Below, piece by piece: positions 1 to 10,822 of a stretch of 64,000 nt of DNA. Numbering within the stretch: position 1 is the first letter of the stretch; the number at the start of each line of letters is the position of its first letter. Origin of the DNA: Mobula hypostoma (lineage: Eukaryota); the NCBI RefSeq assembly GCF_963921235.1, contig NW_026948140.1, positions 62,001-126,000 of the forward strand. The letters are read 5' to 3'. The notes below the pieces were generated by a model. It was not told the DNA's origin. It searched no databases and saw nothing but the letters and a program-made list of their open reading frames with translations. The translations under genes and the position numbers were made by a program.

Positions 1-1502
1 GGAAATTGCTGAGCCTCTGGCAATGATCTTTGCATCATCAATGGGGATAGGAGAGGTTCCGGAGGACTGGACGGTTACAGATGTTGTTCCCTTATTCAAG
101 AAAGGGAATAAAGATAGCCCAGGAAATTATAGACCAGTGAGTCTTCAGTGATTGGTAAGTTGATGGAGAAGATCCTGACAGGCAGGACTTATGAACATTT
201 GGAGAGACATAATATGATTAGGAATAGTCAGCATGGCTTTGTAAAAGGCAGGTTGTGCCTTACGAGCCTGATTGAATTTTTTGAGGATGCGACTAAACAC
301 ATTGATGAAAGTAGAGCAGCAGATGCAGTGTATATGGATTTCAGCAAGGCATTTGATAAGGTACCCCATGCAAGGCTTATTGAGAAAGTAAGGAGGCATG
401 GGATCCAAGGGGACCTTGCTTTGTGGATCCAGAATTGGTTTACGCACAGAAGGCAAAGAGTGGTTGTAGATGGGTCATATTCTGGATGGAGGATGGTGAC
501 CAGTGGTGTGCCTCAGGGATCAGTTCTGGAACCCCTTCTCGTGGTGATTTTAATAAAAGTCCTGGATGAGGAAGTGAAGCGATGAGTTAGTAAATTTGCT
601 GATGGCACAAATGATGGGGGTGTTGTGGGTAGTGTGGAGGGCTGTCAGAGATTACAGTGGAATATTGGTAGGATGCAAAACTGAGCTGAGAAGTGGCAGA
701 TGTAGTTCAACCCAGATAGGTGTGAGGTGGTTCATTTTGGTAGGTCAAATATGATGGCAGAATATAGTATTAATGATAAGACTTTTGGCAGTGTGGAGGA
801 TCAGAGGGATCTTGGGGTCTGAGCACAAAGGACACTCAAAGCTGCTGCGCAGGTTGACTCTGTGCTTAAGAAGGCGTACAGTGCATTGGCCTTCATCAAC
901 CACGGGATTGAGTTTAAGAGCTGAGTGGTAATGTTACAGCTGTATAGGACCCTAGTCAGACTCCACCTGGAGTACTGTGCTCAGTTCTGATCACCTCACT
1001 ATAGGAAGGATGTGGAAACTATAGAAAGGGTGCAGAGGAGATTTACAAGGATGTTGCCTGAATTGGGGAGCATGTCTCATGAGAATAGGTTGAGTGAACT
1101 TGGACTTTTCCCTTTGTGCGGCGGAGGTGAGAGGTGACCTGATAGGTGTATAAGATGATGACAGGCATTGATTGTGTGGATAGTTAGAGGCTTTTTCCCA
1201 GGGCTGAATTGGCTAACAGGAGAGGGCACAGTTTTAAGGTGCTTGGAAGTAGGTACAGAGGCGATGTCAGGGATAAGTTTTTTTACGCAGAGAGTGGTGA
1301 GTGTATGGAACGGGCTGTCATAAATGGTGGTGGAGGCAGATACAATAGGGTCTTTTAAGAAACTCTTGGATATGTACATGGAGTTTAGAAAAATAGAGGG
1401 TTATGGGTAACCCTAGGTAATTTCTAAAGTAAGGGCATGTTTGGCACAGCATTGTGGGCTGAATGACCTTTATTGTGCTGTAGTTTTTCTATCTATGTTT
1501 CT
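1..1502 (+). mobile_element. CR1 LINE, 3' part of ORF2 (RT), decayed
   Basis: ORF 148-585 has [22 protein letters not shown] and SGVPQGSVL motifs; later stops; ends in a TTTCTATGTTTCT-type tail. Confidence 0.92.
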
Positions 1503-2363
1503 AAAATTGCAAATGTCACTCCATTTTCAAGAAGAGAGAGAGCCAGAAGAAAGGGAACTTCTGCCAGTCAGTCTGACCTCAATGGTTGAGAAAATATTCG
1601 TCAATGATTAAGGATAAGGTCTCAGGGTACTTCGAGGTTCATGATAAAATACGTCATGGTCAGCATATTTAGCAGACAAGGAGAGTCCTAACGGATTCTA
1701 CAGATAAGTTTAGAGCAAAAGGATTGCAAAGGACAACATTGGTCCTCTGGAAGATCAGAATTGTAATCCACATGTGGAGCCAAAATAGATGGGAGAGATC
1801 ACATAAATACATTTTTTTGCATCAGTATTTACTCAGGAGATAGACACAGAGTCTATAGAAGTGAGGTAAACCAGCATCAACTTACCAGATACTTCCTGCA
1901 TCCAGGCCTGATGAGCCAAAGCCTCCTACCCTAACACTGGTCCACTCACACAACGGCCACTCCACTTATCCCTACCATTGTTGGCAAATGCAGTGACCAA
2001 CATTGCGCATGCCTCCTTTACTGCAGGTTCAACCTGTAAATTATCCTTCTGGGAGTCTTGCACGAGGACTCCCAAGACCCTCTGCACCTTTTATGTTTGA
2101 ACCTTCTCCCTATTTAGGTAATAGTTCACACTATTGTTCTTTTTACCAAAATGCATTATCATTCATTTCCTAACATTGTATTCCATCTGCCACTTTTTTG
2201 CCCATTCTTCCAATTTGTCTATGTCCTGTTGCAATCACATTGCTTCCTCAGAACCACCTACCCGTCCATCTATCTTTGTATGATCCACAAACTTTGCCAC
2301 AAGGCCATCAATTCCACTATCTAAATCATTGACAATGTAAAAAGTAGCAGTCCCAATACTGAC

Positions 2364-4199
2364 AACATGCTGGAGGAACTCAGCAGGTTGGGCAGCATCC
2401 GTGGAAAAGATTGGTCGACGTTTCAGGCCGGAACCCTTCGTCAGGACTGTTGAGGGAAAGGGCAGAGGCCCTATAAAGAAAGTGTGGGGAGGGTGGGAAG
2501 GAGAAGGCTGGTAGATTCCAGGTGAAAAACCAGTAAGGGGAAAGATAAAGGGCTGGGGGAGGGGAAGCAGGGAGGTGATAGGCAGGAAAGGTGAAGGAAG
2601 AATAGGGGAAAACACAATGGATAGTAGAAGGAGGCGGAACCATGAGGGAGGTGATAGGCAGCTGGGGGAGGGGGCAGAGTGACATAGTAATAGGGGAAGG
2701 GAGGGGGAGGGAATTACCAGAAGTTGGAGAATTCTATGTTCACACCAAGGGGCTGGAGACTACCTAGACGGTATATGAGATGTTGCTCCTCCAACCTGAG
2801 TTTAGCCTCATCATAGCAGTAGAGGAGGCCATGTATGGACATATCTGAATGGGAGTGGGAATCAGAGTTGAAGTGGATGACTTCTGGGAGATCCTGTCCA
2901 TTGTGGCGGACAGAGCGGAGGTGCTCGACAAAGCGGTCCCCCAATCTGTGCCGGGTTTCACCAATGTGGAAGAGGCCGCACCGGGAGCACCGGATGCAAT
3001 AGATGACTTGAACAGTCTCACAAGTGAAGTGTTGCCTCACTTGGAAGGACTGTTTGGGGCCCTGAATGGTGGCAAGAGAGGAGGTGTAGGGACAGGTGTA
3101 GCACTTGCGCTTACAGGGATAAGTGCCAAGTGGGAGATCCGTGGGGAGGGACGTGTGGACAAGGGAGTCGCGTAGGAACCGATCCCTGCGGAAAGCGGAG
3201 AGGGGTGGAGAGGGAAGATGTGCTTAGTGGTGGGGTCCTGTTGAAGGTGGCGGAAGTTGCGGAGGATAATGTGCTGGATCCGAAGGGTGGTGGGGTGGTA
3301 GGTGAGGACAAGGGGAACTCTGTCCCTGTTGTGGTGGCAGGAGGATGGGGTGAGAGCGGAAGTGCAGGAAATGGAGGAGATGCGGGTGAGGGCATCATTG
3401 ATGACAGCAGAAAGGAACCACGATCCTTAACGAAAGAGGACATTTGAGATGTCCTGGAACGGAAAACTTCATCCTCGGAGCAGATGCGGTGGAGACGGAG
3501 GAACTGGGAATAGGGAATGGCATTTTTGCATGTCGCGGGGTGGGAAGAGGTATAGTTGAGGTAGTTGAGGTAGTCAGTGGGCTTGTAGAAGATGTCAGTG
3601 GACAGTCTGTCTCCAGAGATGGAGACCGAGAGATTGAGAAAGGGGAGAGAAGGGTCCGAGATAGGCCAAGTGAATTTGAGGGCTGGATGGAAGTTTGAAG
3701 TAAAGTCGATGAAATTGACGAGCTCAGCATGGGTGCAGGAAGCAGCACCAATGTAGTCGTCAGTGTACCAAAGGAAAAGTTGGGGAGCAGTACCAGAATA
3801 GGTTTGGAGCACAGACTGTTCCACAAAACCAACAAAGAAGCAGGCATAGCTAGGGCCCATGCGAGTTCCCATAGCTACACCCTTAGTCTGAAGAAAGTGG
3901 GAAGAGCCAAAGGAGAAGTTATTGAGTGTGAGAACCAGTTCCACCAACCAGAGGAGGGTAGTGGTGGTGGGGAACTAGTGAAGTCTATTATCCAGAAAGT
4001 AGCAAAAGGCCTTGGGAACTTCTTGATGGGGAATGGAGGTGTATAGGGATTGGACATCCATAGTGAAAATGAACTGGTTGGGACCAGGGAACTGGAAGTT
4101 ATTGAAGCGGTGGAGGGCATGGGATGTATCTCGGATGTAGGTGGGGAGGGACTGAACTATGGGTGACATAATGGAGTCCAGGTAGGCAGATACAAGTTC
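2364..4199 (-). mobile_element. Penelope-like element, 5'-truncated (RT + GIY-YIG endonuclease + 3' terminal region)
   Basis: RT motif QTKGVAMGTRMGPSYA...YTDDY (3111-3947); GIY-YIG VIYCIRCSRCGLFHIGET...RFVEH (2714-3040); flanked by 14-bp TSD gtcccaatactgac (2350-2363) / gtcccactactgac (4200-4213). Confidence 0.93.
2414..2447 (-). ncRNA. Minimal type I hammerhead ribozyme motif in PLE terminal repeat
   Basis: Minus strand gtc-CTGACGA-agggttccggcct-GAAA-cGTC-gac: full core, stem II AGG/CCT, stem I GTC/GAC, palindromic ACGT in place of stem III. Confidence 0.75.
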
Positions 4200-4989
4200 G
4201 TCCCACTACTGACCGCTGAGGAACACCACTAGAGACAGCCTATCAGAAAAGGGCCCCTTTTTTAACATCACTCACTGCCTCCTGCCTGTCAGCCATTCCG
4301 CTATCCATGCCAATATCTTTCTTGTAACACCATAGGAATTTTTCTTGTTAAGGTGCCAGACGAGGCTGCTTATCAAACGCCCTCTGAAAATCCAAGTAAA
4401 TGACATCTACTGCCTCTCCTTTGTCCACCTTGCATGTTACTTCCTCGAAGAGCTCTAGCAGATCGTCAGGCAAGATTTCCCTTGACATAAACCATTCTGT
4501 ATCTACCTCTACCGCAAATCCATGCACCAACCACTTAGCATAAAAATTTACCTCAGATTATCAACACCGCCCCCCCCCCCGCCACATACTTTCATTCAAA
4601 CTTGCTAGAATTATCTAGTTTGAGTCTGGAAATAAACACACTTTCAATCTCTTTTCATACAGTGTTCACCAATCACTGTGTAAAGAGTTTCCTCATCTCA
4701 CCTTGCCCCCTCCCCCAATATATCATTCAGTTTTGCCAAGTTCTTGATACCCTCTGTCAAAAGGAACATTCTAAACAATGGATTCATCGGCTGTGTGGTG
4801 TACTGGGCAGTGTTAGATGTGGAGCAAGTATGGCCCATACTCTGTTCCACCACCATGGTAGTTACCCAAGCTATCATACGTTCCACCCAAAGATTCAAGA
4901 TGGAGCTCATCCAGTAGGTTGAGATTTACAGAGTTTAAGGAGAAGTATACTCCACTTGCCCTTGTCCCATTATCACCTGTATTAAATGA

Positions 4990-5298
4990 TCATCTCTATT
5001 GAGTGGGACTACAACCAGAGGTCATGGATTAAGAGTGAAAGGTGAAAAGTTTAAGGGAAACTTTAGGAGAAACTTCTTCACTCAGGGTCGCATGAGTGTG
5101 GAACGAGCTGCCAGCACAAGTGGTGCACGAGAGCTCAAGTTCAACATTTAAAATAAGTTTGGATAGGTACGTGGATGGTAGGAGTATGGAAGACAATGAT
5201 CCTGGCGCAGGATAGGAGTAGCAATTTAAATGGTTCAGCAGACCAGATGGGCTGAAGGGCCTGTTTCAGTGCTGTACTTTTCTATGACTCTGACTCTA
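4990..5298 (+). mobile_element. CR1 3' end fragment
   Basis: TRGHGLRVKGEKFKG-type coding remnant, gggctgaagggcctgttt 3' UTR and tctatgactc tail. Confidence 0.75.
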
Positions 5299-5499
5299 AA
5301 CTATGCGTGTGATTGACACTGGCAAGCACCAAGTGTTTCCAGGTACTGAGGTTCCACTTGTCCCCAGTGCAGCACAGGATGAACCTGGCTCATGACCATA
5401 TAATGTTCTGTTTAATTGGACACTGCTGGACAAACTGTCCTTTGCAGGAAGTATTCTTTTGAGCACACACCCATCAGGCGGCAGTCAATATGAAACTGC

Positions 5500-5800
5500 C
5501 TGACACCTTGTCATGATTTGGAGGCCTGTGTTCCTCAATGACTTGGAGAGCTATGCTGGGTGGAGTCAGGGCTTCATGCTTTGAACCTTGGTGGGGTCAC
5601 ACCTGTCAAACAGGTCTAAGAGTAGTGGCCAGACCGAGAGTGATCCACCAGACCTCCAGGTTTGGGGATTCAGTTCAGGGTTAACAACCTGAACTAGTCA
5701 AATAACTGTTACAGAAATAGCGATGAAAAGCCCTTATATGTCTGAGTGGCCAAGGACAGACAGTGATGGAGAATCTTCATTACTGCCCTAAATGGCAGCA
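5500..5800 (+). mobile_element. RTE-clade LINE 5' UTR-like remnant
   Basis: ccttgtc...ctcaatgac...gagagctatgc and cctccaggtttgggg...gggttaacaacc resemble RTE/BovB 5' UTRs (recognised from memory). Confidence 0.5.
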
Positions 5801-6200
5801 GTGTAACAGACAGCAAATTTTGTGGAGCAGGACACCAGGGATCCTATGGAGTTTCCCCAAACAGATTATGGAGACCAGCTGGCAGAATGTCATCACTTGA
5901 CTATACCGGATAGGTGGTTCTCCATCAGTTCCCCCTGTAGGCTTGCTGGCGGGTGAGATACCAGTTTTTCTGCACATTCACCACGCACACGACCACCCGT
6001 CCCTCACAGAGCGACAACATCCCACAGAGAATGATAATCCTCTCACAGAACGCCACCCCGAACCCCAGCAGACACAGGAACACTCATTCTGCCCCTCAGC
6101 CGCTTTCAGCTTCCATGGCTGTAAAAGGCGCGGCCCAGCAGTCACCCGCGCCGGAGGTTCGAGGGGCTTTTCCAGCTGCTCACCCAACTCCCGCACTCAC

Positions 6201-6293
6201 TTTGACCGAGAAGATGACGGCGATGAACCCGAGGCAGCAGAGGTTCATGTAGGAGAGGTTGAAGAGGGACCAGGGCAGATAATCGTGGGGCAT
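6201..6293 (-). CDS. IFITM/CD225 (dispanin) N-half exon B: MPHDYLPWSLFNLSYMNLCCLGFIAVIFSVK; 5' boundary uncertain (ATG 6293, acceptor giving 6302, or ATG 6509)
   Basis: DYLPWSLFN..YMN.CCLG...FSVK matches the IFITM amphipathic/IM1 segment with the paired Cys; followed directly by GTGAGT donor (6200-6195) at the canonical IFITM intron position, phase 0. Confidence 0.88.
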
Positions 6294-6559
6294 AGCTAAA
6301 ACCTGCGCGTTCGGGCAGCGGCGGGCTTCGTGCAGGGGGCGGGGCGTGTGGTGGCGGGAGCGGGAGAGGGCCCTGGCCGGGGACTGGGGATGGGAGGGCC
6401 TGGGCGTGATGAGGGGTGGGTGTTGGTTAGTAGCGTTTGGGCTGGGACCAGGCTGTGGCTGGTGGGTGGGAGGGGGTTGGGGATGAGAGGAGATGGGGAG
6501 GGGACACATTGGGTTCTGGGATGGGGAAGTGCAGTGGTTGAGGGAGAAGTGAGTCGAGT

Positions 6560-6800
6560 GAGTGGTTGAAGGAGAGAGAAAGGGGCGGAGGGAGGGGGGA
6601 TACAGAGAGAGGGGGTCGGAGAGGGAGGGAGGAGGAGAGGGGTGGAGAGGGAGGGAGGAGGAGAGGGGCGTAGAAGGGGAGGGGGAGAGGGGAGAGGGGT
6701 CGCGGAGGGAGGGGGAGAGGGTCGCACAGGGAGGGAGGGGAAGGGGGAGAGGGTCGCAGAGAGAGGGAGGGGGAGAGGGTTGCAGAAGGAGGGAGGGGGA
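6560..6800. repeat. Polypurine G/A-rich low-complexity tract with gagaggg(g)tcgc units
   Basis: About 240 bp almost entirely G/A on the + strand with many GGG runs. Confidence 0.9.
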
Positions 6801-6811
6801 CAGGGTTGGAT

Positions 6812-7030
6812 AAGTAGCTGGTGCATATCACAAATCCTGGTTATGCAACTACTGACGCCAGGCAGACAATCTCTGAAGAATATTGATATGGCTGGGGTCA
6901 CCCGTCTTAAAAAAGATACTACCTAGAAGAAGGCAATGGCAATCCATTTCTGTAGAAAAATTTGTTACGAACAATCATGGACATGGAAAAGACCTAGATT
7001 GCCTATGGCATGGCATAGAAGAAACGAACG
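6812..7030 (+). mobile_element. Short RTE-related SINE-like element
   Basis: agaagaaggcaatggcaatccatttctg resembles the BovB/RTE GGAGAAGG(G/C)AATGGCAAACCAC motif. Confidence 0.45.
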
Positions 7031-7054
7031 GATCTCTGGGCGTGTAATCCTACC

Positions 7055-7365
7055 CGCGGCTACGGAGCCCGGGGGTTTATACCCTTGCCTAGGGTATGCA
7101 GACCGGGAGAGAGCGAGTTTTTCATTTCCTAGGTTACGAAACCCCGGGGTTTATCCTTCCCTTATGTACGGAGCTGGGCGTTTATTCACTTCTCAAGATA
7201 CGGAGGTAGGAGGTTATTTACCTCTTTACTGTAAGGAGCCCAGGGGTCATATATCCCCCAGGAGTTTATTTCCCTTTAGAACAGAGCCGGATGTTTATCC
7301 TCCCCAAGTACGAATCTGGAGTAATCCCGAGGTATGAGCCCGGGGTTTAATTCCCGCGTATCCCG
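7055..7365. repeat. Degenerate ~33-bp minisatellite, about 9 units
   Basis: Recurrent tacggagcc(c)gggg-tttat-ccct core, e.g. near 7061, 7135, 7167, 7199, 7233 and 7333. Confidence 0.75.
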
Positions 7366-7604
7366 ATACCGGGTAAAGATCCCAGGAATTTCGGCATCCG
7401 GTGGATTTGGCAGCGAACTTTTCATCGGCACTTCATTCCCAGCGGTGAAAATAAGGTCATTTGGCGAAGAGTCACCTCTTCCCACCCGACATTCTCCCTG
7501 CATCTCTGCGTCTCTTCTTTCTCAGCCCGACTGCTGACTCGCTCCTCCCCGGCTATTGTCACCCATCCCCGTCTCTTTCCCTCCTATCACCGATCCCTAC
7601 TCAC

Positions 7605-7763
7605 CTTAATCGAAAACACCATGGCAGTTAAGCCCAAGCAGCAGAAATTCATGTAGAACAGGTTGAAGATGGACCAGGGCAGGTGATCGCGGACGGGGAG
7701 CACGCCAGGCACCACCTGAACCGTGCGAGGAGTCATTGGGGTCTGGTCAGTTCTGTACTCCAT
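7605..7763 (-). CDS. IFITM/CD225 family first coding exon [54 protein letters not shown]
   Basis: ATG in strong context (agaATGG); 53 codons with [16 protein letters not shown]...FSIK; AAG|GTGAGT donor at 7604-7599; too short to appear in the ORF track; exact IFITM paralog not assignable. Confidence 0.93.
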
Positions 7764-7870
7764 TCTGGACTGGTGCGGGACAGCGGAGAGTTCAGGCGTT
7801 AGTTACTGGTCAGAGTTTGATGTGAAAGGCGGGGTTTCTCAAAACCAAATATGGGGCAGCGGAGGTACGT
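7764..7870 (-). promoter_or_regulatory. Putative proximal promoter of IFITM exon A
   Basis: CpG-rich unique DNA; GC box ggcgggg (7828-7834), near-NF-kB ggggtttctc (7831-7840), perfect CArG ccaaatatgg (7845-7854). Confidence 0.45.
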
Positions 7871-8137
7871 GTGCTGGCTCTCGAAATTTAGGAGGGAGTG
7901 GCAAAACATTAAAAGGGTGGTATGTGACGATTGAAATAATTTCTCCCCATTCCTTGAGAACTCAAGTGAAATTAAGTGATGGTAACGTACTGGTATTGGA
8001 GGGGTGCCGGGTGCGTCTGGTAAGCACTAACATTTAAAAGCAAACGGAGAATATTTCACCACACTTTTTAATAAACGTTTTTGTAATAATATACAGTATA
8101 TAAAGCGAAAAGAAAAACAGCGCAAAACTCTTTATGT

Positions 8138-8367
8138 TCTTGGCCATGTCAATGCATTCAGTCAGGGTAACTCTCGTTTTAAAATAGCACCATTAGCATT
8201 TATTCTCCCTCTCTCCCCGAGAAAGAGCCTCGGCTGTTGTGTGTGAATTAATGGCAGGGGTGCCATTTGATACAAGAAGAAAATGTTAACAAATTGTTGA
8301 CAAATTGGTAAACTTGCCCCAAGATAAATATCAGATGATAACCTGTCCAATCCAAATGAAAAAAAGT
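8138..8367 (+). repeat. 230-bp segment duplicated at 10791-10822 + 13071-13267
   Basis: ttcttggccatgtcaatgcattcagtcagggt|aactctcg...aaatgaaaaaaagt occurs twice; the second copy is split by Tx1. Confidence 0.92.
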
Positions 8368-10790
8368 GAAAAAGGCACACCCAACAACTTCATGCCAAAG
8401 AAAACAACTTTATCTCGAACTTCAAAACCGTTATGTATATACAGAGGCTTTCTTACAACCGGTACCGCATGGCAGGAACGCTATACAAAGCCCACCGGAA
8501 GTGAAAAGAATTGAAGTCGAACCCCCCCCCCCCCCATTATGAGAAGCATGAGAGCGGACTGTGTGTCTACGTCAGAATGTCCATCCTCCTCAGGGGACCC
8601 CGACCCCTCTGCCAATGTCTCTGTTGGACATACTTCCACCGTAGACTGTCTCACTTTTGCCTTCATGTCCGGGCGCAGCAGGTCCAATCTTGACTTGGGC
8701 CTACGCCCCATCAGCATCTCTGCTGGAGTTCGGGCAGTCGAGGTCAGGAAGAAACTTGCCATAATAATTCACCATGCCCAAAAATGATCTGAGTTCTGTG
8801 ACGGTCTTAGGGCTTGGGGCTTCCTTAATAGCTCTCAGTTTGTCCTCCACAGGGCAAAGCCCCTCAGCTGTGATCTTGTGTCCCAGATAAGTCACACTCG
8901 ATGCCAGGAACACACATTTTCCGCTTTTCAACCGCAGCCCTGCGTCTGAGAGCTTCTTCAGTGCCCGTTCTAAATTAGCCAGATGCTCCCCCTCCGTAGC
9001 CCCCGTGATCAAAATATAACATAGAACATAGAATAGTACAGCACAATACAGGCCCTTCGGCCCACAATGTTGTGCCGACCCTCAAACCCTGCCTCCCATA
9101 TAAGCCCCCACCTTAGATTCCTCCATATACCTGTCTAGTAGTCTCTTAAACTTCACTAGTGTATCTGCCTCCACCACTGACTCAGGCAGCGCATTCCACG
9201 CACCAACCACTCTCTGAGTTAAAAAAAAACTTCCTCTAATATCCCCCTTGAACTTCCCACCCCTTACCTTAAAGCCATGTCCTCTTGTATTGAGCAGTGG
9301 TGCCCTGGGGAAGAGGCGCTGGCTGTCCACTCTATCTATTCCTCTTATTATCTTGTACACCTCTATCATGTCTCCTCTCATCCTCCTTCTCTCCAAAGAG
9401 TAAAGCCCTAGCTCCCTTAATCTCTGATCATAATGCATTCTTTCTAAACCAGGCAGCATCCTGGTAAATCCCCTCTGTACCCTTTCCAATGCTTCCACAT
9501 CCTTCCTATAGTGAGGTGACCAGAACTAGACACAGTACTCCAAGTGTGGCCTAACCAGAATTTTATAGAGGTATCATCAAGGTACACTGCTACGTGCGGA
9601 ATCCCCCGCAGCAAAGTGTCCATTGTCCTTTGGAAAACGGCAGGGCTGGATGCCTCTCCAAACACCAGGCGATTGTACTTGAATAATCCCTTGTGTGTAT
9701 TAATTGTGACGTATTCCAGGTCCTCCTGTAGGTCTCCTCACTGATGACCGATGTAGTGGCCCCTGAATCAATCTCAAACTTAATGGCCTTTCCCCTGACA
9801 GTGACTGTGGCATAATATGGTTCCGGTGGTTCCTCATCTGTTTCCACTGCAATCATGTGGTAGGCATACGCTGCCTCTTCATCTGCTTCTTCCAGACGGT
9901 GTGTGGCTGCCTGAGGCTATTGAGCTTTCCCCTGCCCAGGCCTAATCTCACCCTTTGAACTCCTGCACTTTTTAGCTAAATGTCCCTTTTTGCTACAAGC
10001 ATGGCAGACAGTGTCTTTGAATTTGCAGTCATTTGCATAGTGCGTCCGTCCACACCAGAAACATTCCACCCGCTTTGCCTGTTTACCAGTGTCCCTCCCG
10101 ACGCGGTGCACCGCCGCCGACTGCGACCCCCATGGCCTTTCTGGATATCCTTGACATTATTAGCTGCCATTTCCATGCCTTGGGCAATGTCTAAGGCTTT
10201 CTTGAAAGTCAACGGCGGGGTTTCCCCTAACAGGCGGCGTTGTATGTCGTCACTATTAATGCCGCATACCAATCGATCACGGAGCATGTCATTCAACACC
10301 ACTCCGAAATCACAATGCTCCGACAGATGCGAAAGCTTGGCCACGAAATTGGCCACAGACTGACCTGGCTTCCTGAAACGGCTGTGAAACTTACACCGTT
10401 GGACTATCACAGAAGGTTCTGGATTGTAGTGGTTCCCCACGAGCTTGACCAGTTCGTTATATGGAATGTCCCCCGGTTTCCGCCGTGTGGCTAAATTCCT
10501 TATTAGCTTGTAATTCTTCGCCCCACACACACTCAGGAGAATAGAGCGCTTCTCAGCCTCCTCAGTAATTCCATTAGCATAGAAAAAATGTCCCAACCTT
10601 TCCTCATTCTCCGGCCAGTCATCCATTACCCCCACAAAATCAACCATAGTTCCAAACGTAGCCATCTGAAAGGCGAAACTCCCGTTCGAAAAACGTGCTG
10701 ATACGTTCACAAAACCAGTTCACCTCGTGGCAAAAAATACGTGGTAACATCTACTTTGAAAAAGGCACACTCGACAACTTCATGACAAAG
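8368..10790 (-). mobile_element. Ty3/Gypsy LTR retrotransposon, internally deleted
   Basis: gag (9976-10710), CCHC knuckle CFWCGRTHYANDC, protease FEIDSGA, RT VAVYLDD, integrase tail TPAEMLMGR; PBS-like ttgccacgag near 10730; poly-G tract 8522-8535; partial LTRs share gaaaaaggcacac..caacttcatg.caaag. Confidence 0.9.
9019..9570 (-). mobile_element. CR1 3' fragment inserted into Gypsy RT
   Basis: ERVQRGFTRMLPGL...; (ttctatg)n tail at 9019-9036. Confidence 0.93.
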
Positions 10791-10822
10791 TTCTTGGCCA
10801 TGTCAATGCATTCAGTCAGGGT

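Larger units (their letters stand above)
2020..4500 (-). mobile_element. Decayed CR1 RT fragment split by a Penelope insertion
   Basis: IYLDFQRAFDK (ORF 4348-4530) and VNDLDSGIDGLVAKFVD (near 2270-2345) lie either side of the PLE. Confidence 0.75.

Noticed and set aside
5625..5700. Possible HDV-like ribozyme in the RTE 5' UTR remnant
   Set aside because: The nested double pseudoknot could not be built from this decayed copy
1..6194. Search for IFITM exon 2 (SRDRK..GD..GA plus hydrophobic tail) in the non-repeat gaps 1880-2020, 4500-4990, 5300-5500 and 5800-6190
   Set aside because: No matching translation or acceptor seen by eye; a very divergent exon cannot be fully excluded
6296..6926. 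Pro-rich and Gly/Glu/Arg-rich ORFs on both strands
   Set aside because: By-products of the G/A low-complexity tract, which lacks stop codons
7055..7365. Spaced repeats superficially like a CRISPR array
   Set aside because: Units are degenerate and contiguous with no unique spacers; eukaryotic context with no cas genes
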